Below are positions 1-8,667 of a stretch of DNA of 45,324 nucleotides, in pieces. The notes under the pieces are model-generated. The model was given only the letters and a program-made list of their open reading frames with translations. It did not search any database and was not told the DNA's origin. The stretch is from positions 1 to 45,324 of the forward strand of contig DATJTL010000270.1 of the NCBI GenBank assembly GCA_035503415.1. Direction: 5' to 3'. Origin of the DNA: Xanthobacteraceae bacterium. Lineage in GTDB: Bacteria; Pseudomonadota; Alphaproteobacteria; Rhizobiales; Xanthobacteraceae. The position numbers and the translations under genes are program-made. Within the stretch, counting starts at the first letter, position 1; every line of letters starts with the position of its first letter.

Positions 1-2135
1 GTAGCTGCAAAATCGTCGAGCACTCTGGCGTGCAAGGCGCGCACGAGTATCTCTGCGAGCCGCGCGTAGAGATCGCCGGCCTGCTCGGCGGAAACCGAAC
101 CCGACAGGATGCGCGCGCCGATCAGGAACATGTGCTCCTGACCGAACAGCCGGATGGCGTCGAGAAATTCCTCGTAGCGCGGTGCGCCGCCGACCGCGCG
201 GCCCAGTTCGTTCGCTAACCGACTCTCATCCGGCAACGCGCCGAAGAATGTCGGATCAATCAGCAAGTCGATCAGATGGGGCTGTTGCGCGAGTGTATCG
301 GCGAGCCGCGGCGCGACGCCGAGGATGAGGGCGACGAATTCGACGATTTGCGGATTGCTCCGTAGCAGCGAGAGAAAGCGCCCACCTGCCCGCAGGCCGC
401 TGAGAAACCGGTCGAACGCCGCGAACGCGGAATCCGGGTTTTCCGCGCCCGACATCTGATCGATGATCAGCGGCAGAAGCTCGGTGAGATTGTCGCGCGC
501 CTGTTCGCCGCGCAGCGCCCGATAGTGCCCGGCCTCCCATTGGCGCACCGTCTCCAGCACCGCGGGGGGATGCGCAAAGCCGAGCTGCGCCAGACGATCG
601 AGCGTTTCGCTGTCATGTTCCGGCGACGCGAACGAAAGATTATGCCGGCGGGCAAGGAGTGCGGGCTCGCCCTCGAACAACCCGACATAATGGCGCTCGA
701 CTGTACGCAGCTGCTCAAGCAGATGCGTGGCGAAGTCGTCGCGACCCACATAGCCGAGGAAGCGGGCGAAGCGTTCCAGCGTCTCCGGATCGGACGGCAG
801 CGAGTGAGTCTGTTCATCCGCGACCATCTGCAGGCGATGCTCGACGCGACGCAAAAATGCGTAAGCGGTTGTCAATTCGTCACGCGCGGACGCATCGATC
901 CAGCCGCCAGCGGCAAGCGCCGCGAGAGTCGCGATCGTACCGCGACCGCGCAATTCGTCATGGCGGCCGCCGGCGATGAGCTGCTGGGTCTGGACAAAAA
1001 ATTCGATCTCGCGAATGCCGCCGCGGCCAAGCTTGATATTGTGGCCTTCCACCGCGATCTCGCCATGCCCGCGATAAGCATGGATGCGGCGCTTCATGTC
1101 ATGAACGTCGGCGATGGTGGCGTAGTCGAGATACTTCCGCCACACGAAGTGCGAAAGCTCGCGCAGGAGCGCGTCTCCGGCGGCGAGGTCGCCGGCGCAG
1201 ACCCGCGCCTTGATCAGCGCCGCGCGCTCCCAGTTCTGTCCACGGCTTTCGTAATAATCGAGCGCCGACGGCGTCGATATGGCGATCTGGGTCGATGACG
1301 GATCGGGACGCAAGCGCAGATCGACGCGGAACACGTAACCGTCCTCGGTGCGCTCTTGCAATAGCTTGACCAGTTCGCGCGTCAGCCGGACATAGAAGCC
1401 CGTCGGCTCAAGGTCGGGAGAAAGTCCTGTGGCGGCCGGATCGAAAAACACGATGAGGTCGATGTCGCTTGAGAAATTGAGCTCGCAGCCGCCCAACTTG
1501 CCCATGGCGACTACGATGTAGCCGGAGCCCGTTTCGCGATTGCTCGGATCGGCGGGCGCAAGCCGGCCACGCCGCTCGGCGTCGGCAAGCAGAAAGCGGA
1601 CGGCGATACCGAGGGCGGTGTCGGCAAGATCGGTGAGTGCCTGCGTCACCCGCTCGACCGGCCAGACGCCGCCAAGATCGGCGAGCGCGATGAGCAGCGC
1701 CGCCTCCGCCTTCAAGTGGCGAAGCCCGCGCATTAGCGCCGTCGATGTGCGTGCCGACGCCGCAGCATGGCGCGCCTTTGCCAGCAGCGCCGCGAACTCT
1801 TCGTCAGGATCGCTGCCGAGCAACCGCAGCAGGCGAACCGGATCGGCACAGGCTAGATCCCAGAGATAGGGCGCGGCTTCGCCGATGCCGCCCATGAGCT
1901 GCGAGAGAGCCGGGTAGTCGGAGACCAGGGAGGCGAGCTTCAGGCCTGCTGGATTGGCCGCCACGCTCACCAGCCAGGCCGGAACACGCGGAGAAGGTTG
2001 CGAGGGAGCGAGCGGCAATCCAATTCCGCCGTCCGGCGGGAAGCGCGCGGAGCTAAGCCGCCGGATCAGCGCCGATTCGGGCAAGCTTGACGGCAGCGAA
2101 CGATTGGACCTTTTGCCAGCCCCGGGCCGCTTCAT
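1..2135 (-). CDS. glnE: Glutamine synthetase adenylyltransferase/adenylyl-removing enzyme GlnE. N-terminal ~711 codons; the 3' end runs off the window.
   Basis: Absent from the ORF track because it is open-ended. My own minus-strand translation from the ATG at 2135 gives MKRPGAGKRSN...YPALSQLMGGIGEAAPYLWDL...GYIVVAMGKLGGCELNFSSDIDLIVFF...NIKLGRGGIREIEFFVQTQQLIAGGR, which are GlnE nucleotidyltransferase signatures. The frame is still open at base 1 (..LAEILVRALHARVLDDFAA). The start overlaps the stop of the upstream kinase gene as ATGA. Confidence 0.88.
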   Translation of the reverse strand, partial: MKRPGAGKRSNRSLPSSLPESALIRRLSSARFPPDGGIGLPLAPSQPSPRVPAWLVSVAANPAGLKLASLVSDYPALSQLMGGIGEAAPYLWDLACADPVRLLRLLGSDPDEEFAALLAKARHAAASARTSTALMRGLRHLKAEAALLIALADLGGVWPVERVTQALTDLADTALGIAVRFLLADAERRGRLAPADPSNRETGSGYIVVAMGKLGGCELNFSSDIDLIVFFDPAATGLSPDLEPTGFYVRLTRELVKLLQERTEDGYVFRVDLRLRPDPSSTQIAISTPSALDYYESRGQNWERAALIKARVCAGDLAAGDALLRELSHFVWRKYLDYATIADVHDMKRRIHAYRGHGEIAVEGHNIKLGRGGIREIEFFVQTQQLIAGGRHDELRGRGTIATLAALAAGGWIDASARDELTTAYAFLRRVEHRLQMVADEQTHSLPSDPETLERFARFLGYVGRDDFATHLLEQLRTVERHYVGLFEGEPALLARRHNLSFASPEHDSETLDRLAQLGFAHPPAVLETVRQWEAGHYRALRGEQARDNLTELLPLIIDQMSGAENPDSAFAAFDRFLSGLRAGGRFLSLLRSNPQIVEFVALILGVAPRLADTLAQQPHLIDLLIDPTFFGALPDESRLANELGRAVGGAPRYEEFLDAIRLFGQEHMFLIGARILSGSVSAEQAGDLYARLAEILVRALHARVLDDFAA

Positions 2136-3547
2136 CCCGCGCCTGCCGGTCCGGCGCGGGGCAGCGCGATGGTGCTGCGTAAACCGGGATCGTTGTCCTC
2201 GAGCTTAAGCTCGCCACCGTGCAGACGCGCGATTGCCGAGGCAAGGCTCAAGCCGAGACCCGAGCCGGGTTCCGACCGGCTCTTTTCGAGACGCACGAAG
2301 CGTTCGACCACGCGGGAGCGATCGGCTTGCGGAATTCCCGGTCCGTGGTCCTCGACGGTCAGCATGATGCGTTCACCCTCGTCGCCGGCTTTGACCAGGA
2401 TTTCGGCCGGCGCACCGTTGAGGTCACCGTCCGGCCCGCCATATTTGATCGCATTGTCGACGAGGTTCGCGAGCGCCTGGCTCACCAGTTCGCGGTTGCC
2501 GCGCACCTTCGCCACGAGCGGCGCCTCCACCTTTAACGCGAGACCTTTCTCCTCGGCGAGCGGCTCGTAGAGTTCGCCTACGTCGCGCGCAATCTCGGCG
2601 GCGTCGAATTCGGTCATGTTGTCGCGCGCATGTCCGGATTCGGCGCGCGCGATCATCAGCAACGCGTCGAAGGTGCGAATAAGCTCGTCGGATTCCTCAA
2701 TCGTGGCCTCCAGCGCGGCACGATAGTCGGCATCGTTTTTGCTGCCGCGCAGCGCCTGTTCGCAACGATTGCGCAGGCGCGTCAGCGGCGTCTTCAGATC
2801 GTGCGCGATATTGTCGGAGACCTCGGACAGCCCGTGCATGAGCGCCACGATGCGGTCAAGCAAGGCATTGAGGTTGTCAGCAAGGCGGTCGAGCTCGTCG
2901 CCGGTTCCGGCGACCGGAAGCCGACCGGACAGGTCGCCAGCCATGATGGTCTGCGCGGTTTCGGTCACCGCATCGATGCGTTTAAGCACCCGCCGGCTGA
3001 CGAAAAAGCCGCCGGCGATGCCGAGCACGACGACGAGCGCGAACGCCCAACGTCCGGCATTGGTGATGATGGCGTAAAGCCGCTCGCGCTCCTCAAGGTC
3101 GCGTCCCACCAGGAGACGGAAACCTCCGAACCGAACGACATCAACCAGGGCGCGATGCTCCACGCCCTCGGGCGCGCCTGGCATTTCAAGACGGCGATAG
3201 GAGGTTTCGAGCCACCCCTGGTGATCGAGCGCGCCGACCTCCAGCGCGCCGATGTTGCCGGCGAGCCCCTCCCCTGCCGGCGTCGTCAGCAGATAAAGGT
3301 TCGATCCCGGACGGCGCGATCGCACGTCGACAGCGGCTTCGACGCGCCCGATGCCACCGCGTTCATACTGGTCGGTGAGACCGTTGATTTCGGTTCTGAC
3401 CGTGTCGGTGATCTGCTCGTTGATCAGGCGTCGGGTATTGAGCGCAAAATAGGCAAGAAGCGCGGCGGCGAATAGTATGAAGATCAGCAGATAGACGAGC
3501 GTCAGCCGAAACACCGTAGTACGCAGAAGTTTGCCGAGTGCCGCCAC
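2132..3547 (-). CDS. Membrane sensor histidine kinase (2 TM, HAMP, HisKA, HATPase_c)
   Basis: 471 aa ORF. N-terminal TM (TLVYLLIFILFAAALLAYFAL) and a second TM before a HAMP-like segment. H-box SDNIAHDLKTPLTRL. N/G boxes LVDNAIKYG and GSGLGLSLA. GTG start 8 nt after the upstream stop. Confidence 0.9.
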   Translation of the reverse strand: MAALGKLLRTTVFRLTLVYLLIFILFAAALLAYFALNTRRLINEQITDTVRTEINGLTDQYERGGIGRVEAAVDVRSRRPGSNLYLLTTPAGEGLAGNIGALEVGALDHQGWLETSYRRLEMPGAPEGVEHRALVDVVRFGGFRLLVGRDLEERERLYAIITNAGRWAFALVVVLGIAGGFFVSRRVLKRIDAVTETAQTIMAGDLSGRLPVAGTGDELDRLADNLNALLDRIVALMHGLSEVSDNIAHDLKTPLTRLRNRCEQALRGSKNDADYRAALEATIEESDELIRTFDALLMIARAESGHARDNMTEFDAAEIARDVGELYEPLAEEKGLALKVEAPLVAKVRGNRELVSQALANLVDNAIKYGGPDGDLNGAPAEILVKAGDEGERIMLTVEDHGPGIPQADRSRVVERFVRLEKSRSEPGSGLGLSLASAIARLHGGELKLEDNDPGLRSTIALPRAGPAGAG

Positions 3548-3555
3548 GGAATCTC

Positions 3556-5259
3556 TCAGCTTCGCACGGCCAATTCTTTTTCCGAGAAGTCGTCTTCCCA
3601 GAATTCGAATGATCCGCGCTCGCTGCCCTGCTTTGCCGCTTCAGCCCGCCGCAGCTCGACGCGCCGAATCTTGCCGGAGATGGTCTTTGGTAGATCGGAA
3701 AACTCGATCCGTCGCACCCGTTTGAACGGCGCGAGCGCAGTCCGGCAATGCCGGAAAATCGACAGCGCCGTCTCGCGGTCCGCGGCACGGCCCGCAGCGA
3801 GCACCAGAAATGCCTTCGGCACGGCGAGCCGGATCGGGTCCGGCGACGGCACCACCGCCGCTTCCGCCACCGCCGGGTGCTCGATAAGCACGCTCTCCAG
3901 TTCGAAAGGGCTGATGCGATAATCGGAGGCTTTGAACACGTCGTCGGCGCGCCCGACATAGGTCAGGTAGCCCTCATCGTCGACGACGGCGACGTCGCCG
4001 GTGCGATACTCGGATTTGCCTGCCGGTAGCAGGTTGCCACCCTCGCCCTGATAGCCTTGCATCAGCCCGGTCGGGCGCGGCTCGAGCTTCAGGCATATCT
4101 CGCCTTCCTTTTGTGGCATGCCTTCCACATCCAGAAGCGCGACGCGGTAGCCTGGAAGCGGACGGCCCATGGAGCCGGGTCTGAGCTTCTGTCCCGGCGT
4201 GTTGCCGGCGAGCGCCGTGGTCTCCGTCTGGCCATAGCCGTCGCGGATGGTGAGACCCCAGGCGCTCCTGACGCGCTCGATGACTTCCGGATTGAGCGGC
4301 TCGCCGGCGCTGACGAGCTCCTTGAGGCTTACCTTGAAGGCCGACAAATCCTCCTGGATCAACATGCGCCAGACCGTTGGCGGCGCGCAAAACGTGGTCA
4401 CGCCACAACGCGCGATCGTGTCGAGTAGACCACGTGCGTTGAAGCGGCGCTGATTGACGACGAAGATCGCTGCCTGCGCCGTCCACGGTGAAAAGAAACA
4501 ACTCCAGGCGTGTTTGGCCCAGCCTGGCGATGAAATGTTCAGATGCAGGTCGCCCGGCCGCAATCCAAGCCAATACATCGTGGAAAGGTGGCCGACCGGG
4601 TAGCTCTGATGACTGTGCAAAACCAGCTTCGCTGTCGCCGTGGTGCCGGAGGTGAAATAGAGCAGCAGCGGATCGTCGGCGCGCGTTTCTCCATCCGGGG
4701 TGAAGTCCGCAGGCTCCTTGTAACAATCCTCGTAAGCCACCCAGCCCTCGACCGGCTTGCCGATGGCGATCCGCGAATAATCGCCCGGCAGGTCGGCGAA
4801 CTTCGCTGCCGCATCGGCGCCGGCGATCACGTGCTTGACGCGGCCGCGGGCAAAACGATCGGCAAGATCATTGCGGGTGAGCAGTGTTGTCGCCGGCACG
4901 ACGACGGCACCGAGCTTCATCGCCGCCAGCATACATTCCCACAGCGGCACGACGTTGCCGAGCATGAGCAGAATCCGGTCGCCGCGTCGGACGCCGAGGC
5001 GGCGAAACGCATTGGCGACGCGGCTCGAGCGCTCGCTCAATTCGGCGAACGAGAGCTTCACTTCTCCCGCGTCCTCGTCCACCAGCCAGAGCGCCGGCTG
5101 GACGTTGTCGCGCGCCATGACGTCGAAGTAATCGAGCGCCCAGTTGAAGCGGTCGAGGCTCGGCCATTGAAACTCGCGGTAGGCGGTCTCGTAGTCTTCG
5201 CGATGGCGCAGCAGGAAATCACGAGCCGCGAGAAACGGCGCCGCGTCGCTTGCCGTCAT
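3556..5259 (-). CDS. AMP-dependent synthetase/ligase (acyl-CoA synthetase, medium-chain type)
   Basis: 567 aa ORF with adenylate-forming motifs LYFTSGTTATAKLV, GYGQTE, YRTGD and the C-terminal PKTISGKIRR. GGAGAG RBS upstream of the ATG at 5259. Confidence 0.9.
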   Translation of the reverse strand: MTASDAAPFLAARDFLLRHREDYETAYREFQWPSLDRFNWALDYFDVMARDNVQPALWLVDEDAGEVKLSFAELSERSSRVANAFRRLGVRRGDRILLMLGNVVPLWECMLAAMKLGAVVVPATTLLTRNDLADRFARGRVKHVIAGADAAAKFADLPGDYSRIAIGKPVEGWVAYEDCYKEPADFTPDGETRADDPLLLYFTSGTTATAKLVLHSHQSYPVGHLSTMYWLGLRPGDLHLNISSPGWAKHAWSCFFSPWTAQAAIFVVNQRRFNARGLLDTIARCGVTTFCAPPTVWRMLIQEDLSAFKVSLKELVSAGEPLNPEVIERVRSAWGLTIRDGYGQTETTALAGNTPGQKLRPGSMGRPLPGYRVALLDVEGMPQKEGEICLKLEPRPTGLMQGYQGEGGNLLPAGKSEYRTGDVAVVDDEGYLTYVGRADDVFKASDYRISPFELESVLIEHPAVAEAAVVPSPDPIRLAVPKAFLVLAAGRAADRETALSIFRHCRTALAPFKRVRRIEFSDLPKTISGKIRRVELRRAEAAKQGSERGSFEFWEDDFSEKELAVRS

Positions 5260-5355
5260 AACACTCTCCAGTTATTTCCCCCGATCGCGGGGACGCCAAC
5301 CCATTGTATCCCAAACTGCAATCGCGCGAGCGCGCCGCCGGGGCGCGCGGGGTAA

Positions 5356-6036
5356 TCAGCGCGCACCATCGCGAATCATATAACCGGCGCCGCGCACGGT
5401 ATGCAGGAGCGGCGGTGTGAAGCCTTTGTCGATCTTTGAGCGCAGCCTGGAAATATGCACGTCGATCACGTTGGTCTGCGGATCGAAATGGTAGTCCCAG
5501 ACATTTTCCAACAGCATGGTACGGGTCACGACCTGGCCGGCGTGGCGCATCAGATATTCGAGCAGGCGAAACTCGCGTGGCTGCAGCTGCAGCTCCTGCC
5601 CGGCGCGGCTCACTTCGTGCGACAGCCTGTTGAGTTCGAGGTCGGCGACCCGATAGACAGTCTCCTCGCCGCGGCCGCCGCGGCGGCGGCCCAGCGCTTC
5701 GACCCGGGCCAGCAATTCTGAAAACGCGTAGGGCTTGGCCAGATAATCGTCGCCGCCGCTGCGCAGGCCTTTGACGCGATCATCGACCTGGCCGAGAGCG
5801 GAGAGAATGAGGACCGGCGTTTCCACAGCATTGGCGCGCAATGCAGCAATGACGGACAAGCCATCGCGCTTGGGAAGCATGCGGTCGACGATCAGCACGT
5901 CATATTGACCGTCCTGCGCGAGTGCCAACCCCTCCTCGCCGTCGGTCGCCGGATCGGCGATGTGGCCAACCTCGCGAAATGCCTTGACGAGATATTCGGT
6001 CGCGTCGCGATCGTCTTCGATGACTAGAAGGCGCAT
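5356..6036 (-). CDS. OmpR/PhoB-family response regulator
   Basis: 226 aa: MRLLVIEDD...DVLIVDRMLPKRDG receiver domain plus a winged-helix C-terminus (LQPREFRLLEYLMRH..VDVHISRLRSKI..TVRGAGYMI). Confidence 0.92.
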   Translation of the reverse strand: MRLLVIEDDRDATEYLVKAFREVGHIADPATDGEEGLALAQDGQYDVLIVDRMLPKRDGLSVIAALRANAVETPVLILSALGQVDDRVKGLRSGGDDYLAKPYAFSELLARVEALGRRRGGRGEETVYRVADLELNRLSHEVSRAGQELQLQPREFRLLEYLMRHAGQVVTRTMLLENVWDYHFDPQTNVIDVHISRLRSKIDKGFTPPLLHTVRGAGYMIRDGAR

Positions 6037-6263
6037 GGCTCAATGCCGCTGTCACAGGAAGAGCACCCCGGCGCGCCGCGCGGCAAAACCTGCACAGCGG
6101 CCCGCTCGCTCTAACATATTGCCCCGACGAGCGCCGCCGGCAATATGGTGCACCAAATCCGGACCAGGCGCGGGCCGCTCGGGCCACTGCTGCAACGCAG
6201 CAGGCATCTCAAGGACTCGCCTGCATTGGCGCTGCCATGCCAGCATGGCGGCGAGCAAATGAA

Positions 6264-6377
6264 GGGGTGGCGGGCTCCGGCCCGCCACCCCCTCTACCAA
6301 CTCCACCCCGGCGGGGGCGACGGATACCGGGTGGCAGAGTTGGTATTCGGCGGGGACGGGCCTTTCGGCCCGTCCCC
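6264..6377. other. Three consecutive GC-rich stem-loops in the degP/response-regulator spacer
   Basis: Hairpin 1: ggggtggcgggc (6264-6275) pairs with gcccgccacccc (6280-6291), 12 bp. Hairpin 2: 6295-6345, 9 bp outer stem taccaactc/gagttggta plus a 7 bp inner stem. Hairpin 3: ggggacgggcc (6352-6362) pairs with ggcccgtcccc (6367-6377), 11 bp. No U-tract follows any of them on either strand. Confidence 0.6.
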
Positions 6378-6428
6378 AGGGAACGCCCGCCAGCGGGGGC
6401 GACAAATGCCGGCGGATCGCCCCATTAC

Positions 6429-7961
6429 TCAGGCGCTGCCGAGCGGCAGGGCGACGAATTTCGTGTCCCCGCCCGACTTCACCCGGAATAGCACCGTGTG
6501 CTTTCCATCTTTGCGCGCGTCGGAAAGCCCCTTGTTCACATCGGCCGGCGTCGAAACCGGTTTGCCGCCAATATCGAGGATGACGTCGCCGACCTGCAGA
6601 CCGTGATCGGCGGCAACGCCGCCCTCGGCGATCGCTGTGACCACCACGCCATCGGCGTCCGCCCCGGCGACCTTGCTGGCGGGCGCCAGCGAAAAGCCGA
6701 GCTTCGGCACGTCGATATCCGAGCCTTGGTCTTGATTCGAACTCGGCTCGGCGGACGCCGTCTTCTCGTTCGGCAACGTGCCGAGCGTCAGCGTCACGGT
6801 CTTCTGCTGCCCACTATGGATGAGATCGAGCGTGACCGTGGTGCCGGGCGCCATGGTGCCGATCATCCGCGCCAACTGGCGGGCGTCGCGAACCTCCTTG
6901 CCGTTGACGGAGGTAATAACGTCGCCGCTCGCGATTCCTGCTTTGACCGCTGGGCTGTTAGGCTGCGGCTCGGCGACGAGCGCACCGGCCGCCTTCTTCA
7001 AGCCCATGCTGTCGGCGATATCTGGCGTCACAGGCTGGATCTGCACGCCGATCCAGCCGCGCGTGACGCTGCCTTTCTCGCGCAGCTGAGCAATCACGCT
7101 CTTGACGGTGTCGGCGGGGATGGCAAACGCGATGCCGACCGAACCGCCCGAGGGCGAATAAATGGCGGTGTTGACGCCGATGACGTTGCCGTCGACGTCA
7201 AAGGTCGGTCCGCCGGAATTGCCCTTGTTGACCGGCGCATCGATCTGGATGAAATCGTCGTATGGACCGGCGCCGATGTCGCGGCCGCGAGCCGAGACGA
7301 TGCCGGCCGTCACGGTGCCGCCAAGCCCGAACGGATTGCCTACCGCGAGTACCCAGTCGCCGACGCGCGGCGTGTTGTCGGCAAGTTTCACGTACGGGAA
7401 GTTCGATCCTTCGACTTTGATCAGCGCGAGGTCGGTGCGCGGATCGGTACCGATCACCTTGGCGGTGTAACTCTTGCCATCGTCGGTGGTGACTTTGACG
7501 CTCTCGGCGTTTTCAACCACGTGGTTGTTGGTTACCGCATAGCCGTCGGCAGAGATGAAAAAGCCAGATCCCTGGCCGGTGATCACCTCAGGACCGTTCG
7601 GCATGTTGGGCATGCCGAAACGCTTGAAAAAGCGTTCGAACGGCGAATTTTGCGGGAACGGAATCTCCTGTTCGTCGTCGGAATGCGAGGCGGCTGGGCG
7701 CTCCATCTTGACCCGAACCGATATGACCGCCGGCTTGACCTTCTCGACTATATCGGCGAAGCCAACGGGCTTCTGCGCAATCGCTTGCGCCTTCTCGCTC
7801 AAATTCTGCGCGTGAGCGGGCGAGCTGAACAGATCAAATTTTGGCGCCGCGTTCGGCAGTGCCAACAGCGCCGCGGCGCCAAATCCGGCGATCGTGGTCG
7901 CGAGTAACGCGAGACGCCGTGCCGACAGGCCGCGGCGCCGCTGTAAATCGTTTCCGTCCAT
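6429..7961 (-). CDS. degP: Periplasmic serine endoprotease DegP/HtrA family (trypsin-like domain plus two PDZ)
   Basis: Catalytic motifs TNNHVV (His), DLALIKV (Asp) and GNSGGP (Ser), with two PDZ-like segments. The longest ORF reaches 8018. I prefer the ATG at 7961 (MDGNDLQRRRGLS..), which has an AAGGA RBS about 9 nt upstream and a signal/TM segment LALLATTIAGFGAAALLA. Confidence 0.9.
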   Translation of the reverse strand: MDGNDLQRRRGLSARRLALLATTIAGFGAAALLALPNAAPKFDLFSSPAHAQNLSEKAQAIAQKPVGFADIVEKVKPAVISVRVKMERPAASHSDDEQEIPFPQNSPFERFFKRFGMPNMPNGPEVITGQGSGFFISADGYAVTNNHVVENAESVKVTTDDGKSYTAKVIGTDPRTDLALIKVEGSNFPYVKLADNTPRVGDWVLAVGNPFGLGGTVTAGIVSARGRDIGAGPYDDFIQIDAPVNKGNSGGPTFDVDGNVIGVNTAIYSPSGGSVGIAFAIPADTVKSVIAQLREKGSVTRGWIGVQIQPVTPDIADSMGLKKAAGALVAEPQPNSPAVKAGIASGDVITSVNGKEVRDARQLARMIGTMAPGTTVTLDLIHSGQQKTVTLTLGTLPNEKTASAEPSSNQDQGSDIDVPKLGFSLAPASKVAGADADGVVVTAIAEGGVAADHGLQVGDVILDIGGKPVSTPADVNKGLSDARKDGKHTVLFRVKSGGDTKFVALPLGSA

Positions 7962-8178
7962 CCATCCGTCCTTTGATGCTTGATCGGCCGCCGTCCGACG
8001 CGGCACTGCCGAAGCCAATCGGTGTGAAGGCGCAACATGAGACAGGCCGCATTACCGGTTGCTGTCGGTTAAATTAAACATTGGTAATGTGGAAGAAACC
8101 GAATTCTTGTTGCAATACAATGTGTTGCCGCGACGGCGCGGCATTGGGCGGAGATCAGCCGAAAACGGCCGCCGCGAG

Positions 8179-8667
8179 CTATTGGGTGGTTCCGCCGTTA
8201 AGGATTTGGGAAAGCCGCGCTTCCTCGGTGGCGCTGAGTTCGGCCGCTTCGGCGGCCGGGCGGGCCGCCCGGCGGCGGCGCTCGACGGCGACAATCATCG
8301 CAATGCCGAAGAGCAGGAGCGCCGGCGGCGCCCCCCACAAGGCCAGCGTATTCCACGACAGCGGCGGCTTGAGCAGGACGAATTCGCCGTAGCGCGAGAC
8401 CAGGAAATTGATGATCTGCTGGTCGCTGTCGCCCGCCATGATCCGCTGGCGCACCAGTACGCGCAGGTCGTGGGCAAGCGGGGCTTGCGACTCATCGATC
8501 GATTCGTTCTGGCAGACCATGCAGCGGAGCTCTTCGGAAATCGCGCGCGCGCGCGCCTCCAAAGCCGGATTCGACAACATCTCGTCGGGCTCGACCGCAA
8601 AGGACGGCGCGGTAGCCAACAGCGCGAGTAACAACGTGAGTGCATGCAGATATTTCATCGGCTTCAC
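8179..8667 (-). CDS. ccmH: Cytochrome c-type biogenesis protein CcmH (CycL)
   Basis: 162 aa with a signal peptide, the CcmH signature [14 protein letters not shown] (CXXC) and a C-terminal TM. GTGA start/stop overlap with ccmF; an alternative ATG lies at 8658. Confidence 0.9.
   Translation of the reverse strand: MKPMKYLHALTLLLALLATAPSFAVEPDEMLSNPALEARARAISEELRCMVCQNESIDESQAPLAHDLRVLVRQRIMAGDSDQQIINFLVSRYGEFVLLKPPLSWNTLALWGAPPALLLFGIAMIVAVERRRRAARPAAEAAELSATEEARLSQILNGGTTQ

Noticed and set aside
525-1298. Long ORFs antisense to, or out of frame with, the called genes. Examples: 525-1298(+), 2630-3475(+), 6498-7907(+), 9756-10703(+), 10634-11638(+), 15173-16372(-), 19660-20757(-), 25563-26864(-), 27009-27827(-), 33115-33861(+), 39223-40284(-).
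   Set aside because: Their translations are Arg/Ala/Gly/Pro-rich with no recognisable motifs, and each lies opposite a gene that has clear family signatures. Long stop-free antisense frames are expected in a roughly 65% GC genome.
6037-6428. Possible tRNA or other known RNA gene in the structured degP/RR spacer
   Set aside because: The hairpins do not arrange into a cloverleaf, and there is no T-loop GTTCGAATC-like motif or anticodon arm. I recognise no known RNA family by eye. It is reported only as unexplained structure.
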